From: Promethearchaeota archaeon
Lineage (GTDB): Archaea; Asgardarchaeota; Lokiarchaeia; Sigyniarchaeales; SOKP01
Length of the DNA stretch: 16,984 bases
Reading direction: 5' to 3'
NCBI GenBank assembly: GCA_008080735.1
Contig: SHMW01000091.1
Coordinates: 1 to 16,984 of the forward strand
Of the stretch, positions 16,446 through 16,984 are shown piece by piece. Numbering within the stretch: position 1 is the stretch's first letter; each line of letters begins with the position of its first letter. Below the pieces are notes generated by a model, which was not told the origin of the DNA, did not search any database, and worked only from the letters and a program-made list of their open reading frames with translations. The position numbers were made by a program, and so were the translations under genes.

Positions 16446-16984
16446 TCATCATTACTCATGATCGTAATATTTTCCTCTTCTAATTTCTTAAAACTTTTCT
16501 TTCTAATGTTTTCGGACGCATTTATATCTCTATCGTGATGAGCATTACAATTCGGACAAGTCCATTCTCTATCACTTAGCTCTAATATCTCATTCTTATA
16601 TCCACACTCGGAACATAGTTTAGAACTCGGAAAATATCGGTCTATCAAGACTAAATGCTTTCCTTTTTGTTCCATTTTATACTCCAGAGTAGATACAAAC
16701 TGATACCACGAAAAATCTAAACTCACCGATTTAGAGAGTCCCGAATTGAACGATTGCATCCCCTTGATGTTCAAATCTTCCAAGATCACGCAATTGAAAT
16801 GTTCGGAAAGGAGATGTGTCATCTTGTGCATCCAATCCTTTTTTCGATTATTGATTTTCTCGTATAACTTAGCTAACTTCTTTCTGGCTCGATTTCGGTT
16901 ATTCGATCCCTTCTTCTTTCGGCTTACTTCTCTATGGAGTTTTCTAAGTTTTGCTTCTTCATTTCGATAAAATCGGGGATTAGC
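16335..16984 (-). mobile_element. IS200/IS605-family element, right part (left end outside window)
   Basis: tnpB plus right end reading GAAT-CCACGCCCTTAAGGGCTTGG-TAGT-TCAA on the minus strand: GAAT guide tetramer, subterminal hairpin and TCAA cleavage site, as known for the IS608 right end. Confidence 0.85.
16340..16984 (-). CDS. tnpB: TnpB RNA-guided endonuclease (5'-truncated by window edge)
   Basis: Frame stays open upstream of the listed ATG to the edge (ANPRFYRNEEAKLRKLHREVSRKKKGSNNRNRARKKLAKLYEKINNRKKDWMHK); RuvC-II ILEDL, Zn finger CSEC…CPNC, RuvC-III HDRDINA. Confidence 0.93.
   Translation of the reverse strand, partial: ANPRFYRNEEAKLRKLHREVSRKKKGSNNRNRARKKLAKLYEKINNRKKDWMHKMTHLLSEHFNCVILEDLNIKGMQSFNSGLSKSVSLDFSWYQFVSTLEYKMEQKGKHLVLIDRYFPSSKLCSECGYKNEILELSDREWTCPNCNAHHDRDINASENIRKKSFKKLEEENITIMSNDESAVGTTVNAFGENVRLMLGQQFSMNYESTPLRAW

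Noticed and set aside
5995-16970. Small ORFs 5995..6192, 7030..7281, 11659..11859, 11790..12032, 13354..13545, 14125..14313, 14150..14467, 15426..15611 and 16746..16970
   Set aside because: All overlap well-supported genes in antisense or alternative frames and have no recognisable motifs.
1-16984. tRNA, rRNA or CRISPR array
   Set aside because: No cloverleaf or GC-rich RNA-gene segment and no regularly spaced repeats seen on manual reading.

Overview
AT-rich archaeal chromosomal segment, most consistent with an Asgard archaeon (Lokiarchaeia-like). This placement is inferred from a Rab-like small GTPase next to the conserved archaeal pus10-rpl21e-rpo4(F)-DUF655-rsmA-hemK cluster. Left to right: a minus-strand frame for an acidic, sequon-rich extracellular-type protein running off the left edge; two tandem paralogous 282-aa coiled-coil proteins; a D-lyxose/D-mannose isomerase plus GH127 glycosidase; an ADP-forming acyl-CoA synthetase alpha-type subunit; a Rab-like GTPase; a CPBP/Rce1-like membrane protease; a stand-alone NurA nuclease; the translation/transcription cluster; a cold-shock protein; a GPH/MFS sugar transporter; and the 3' part of an IS200/IS605 tnpB element with a readable right end, omega/reRNA stems and guide. 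The best candidate for an undescribed system is the coiled-coil pair: identical length, gap-free alignment, oppositely charged linkers, an invariant 24-aa block and duplicated promoter architecture. All calls come from manual motif reading; no database searches were run.
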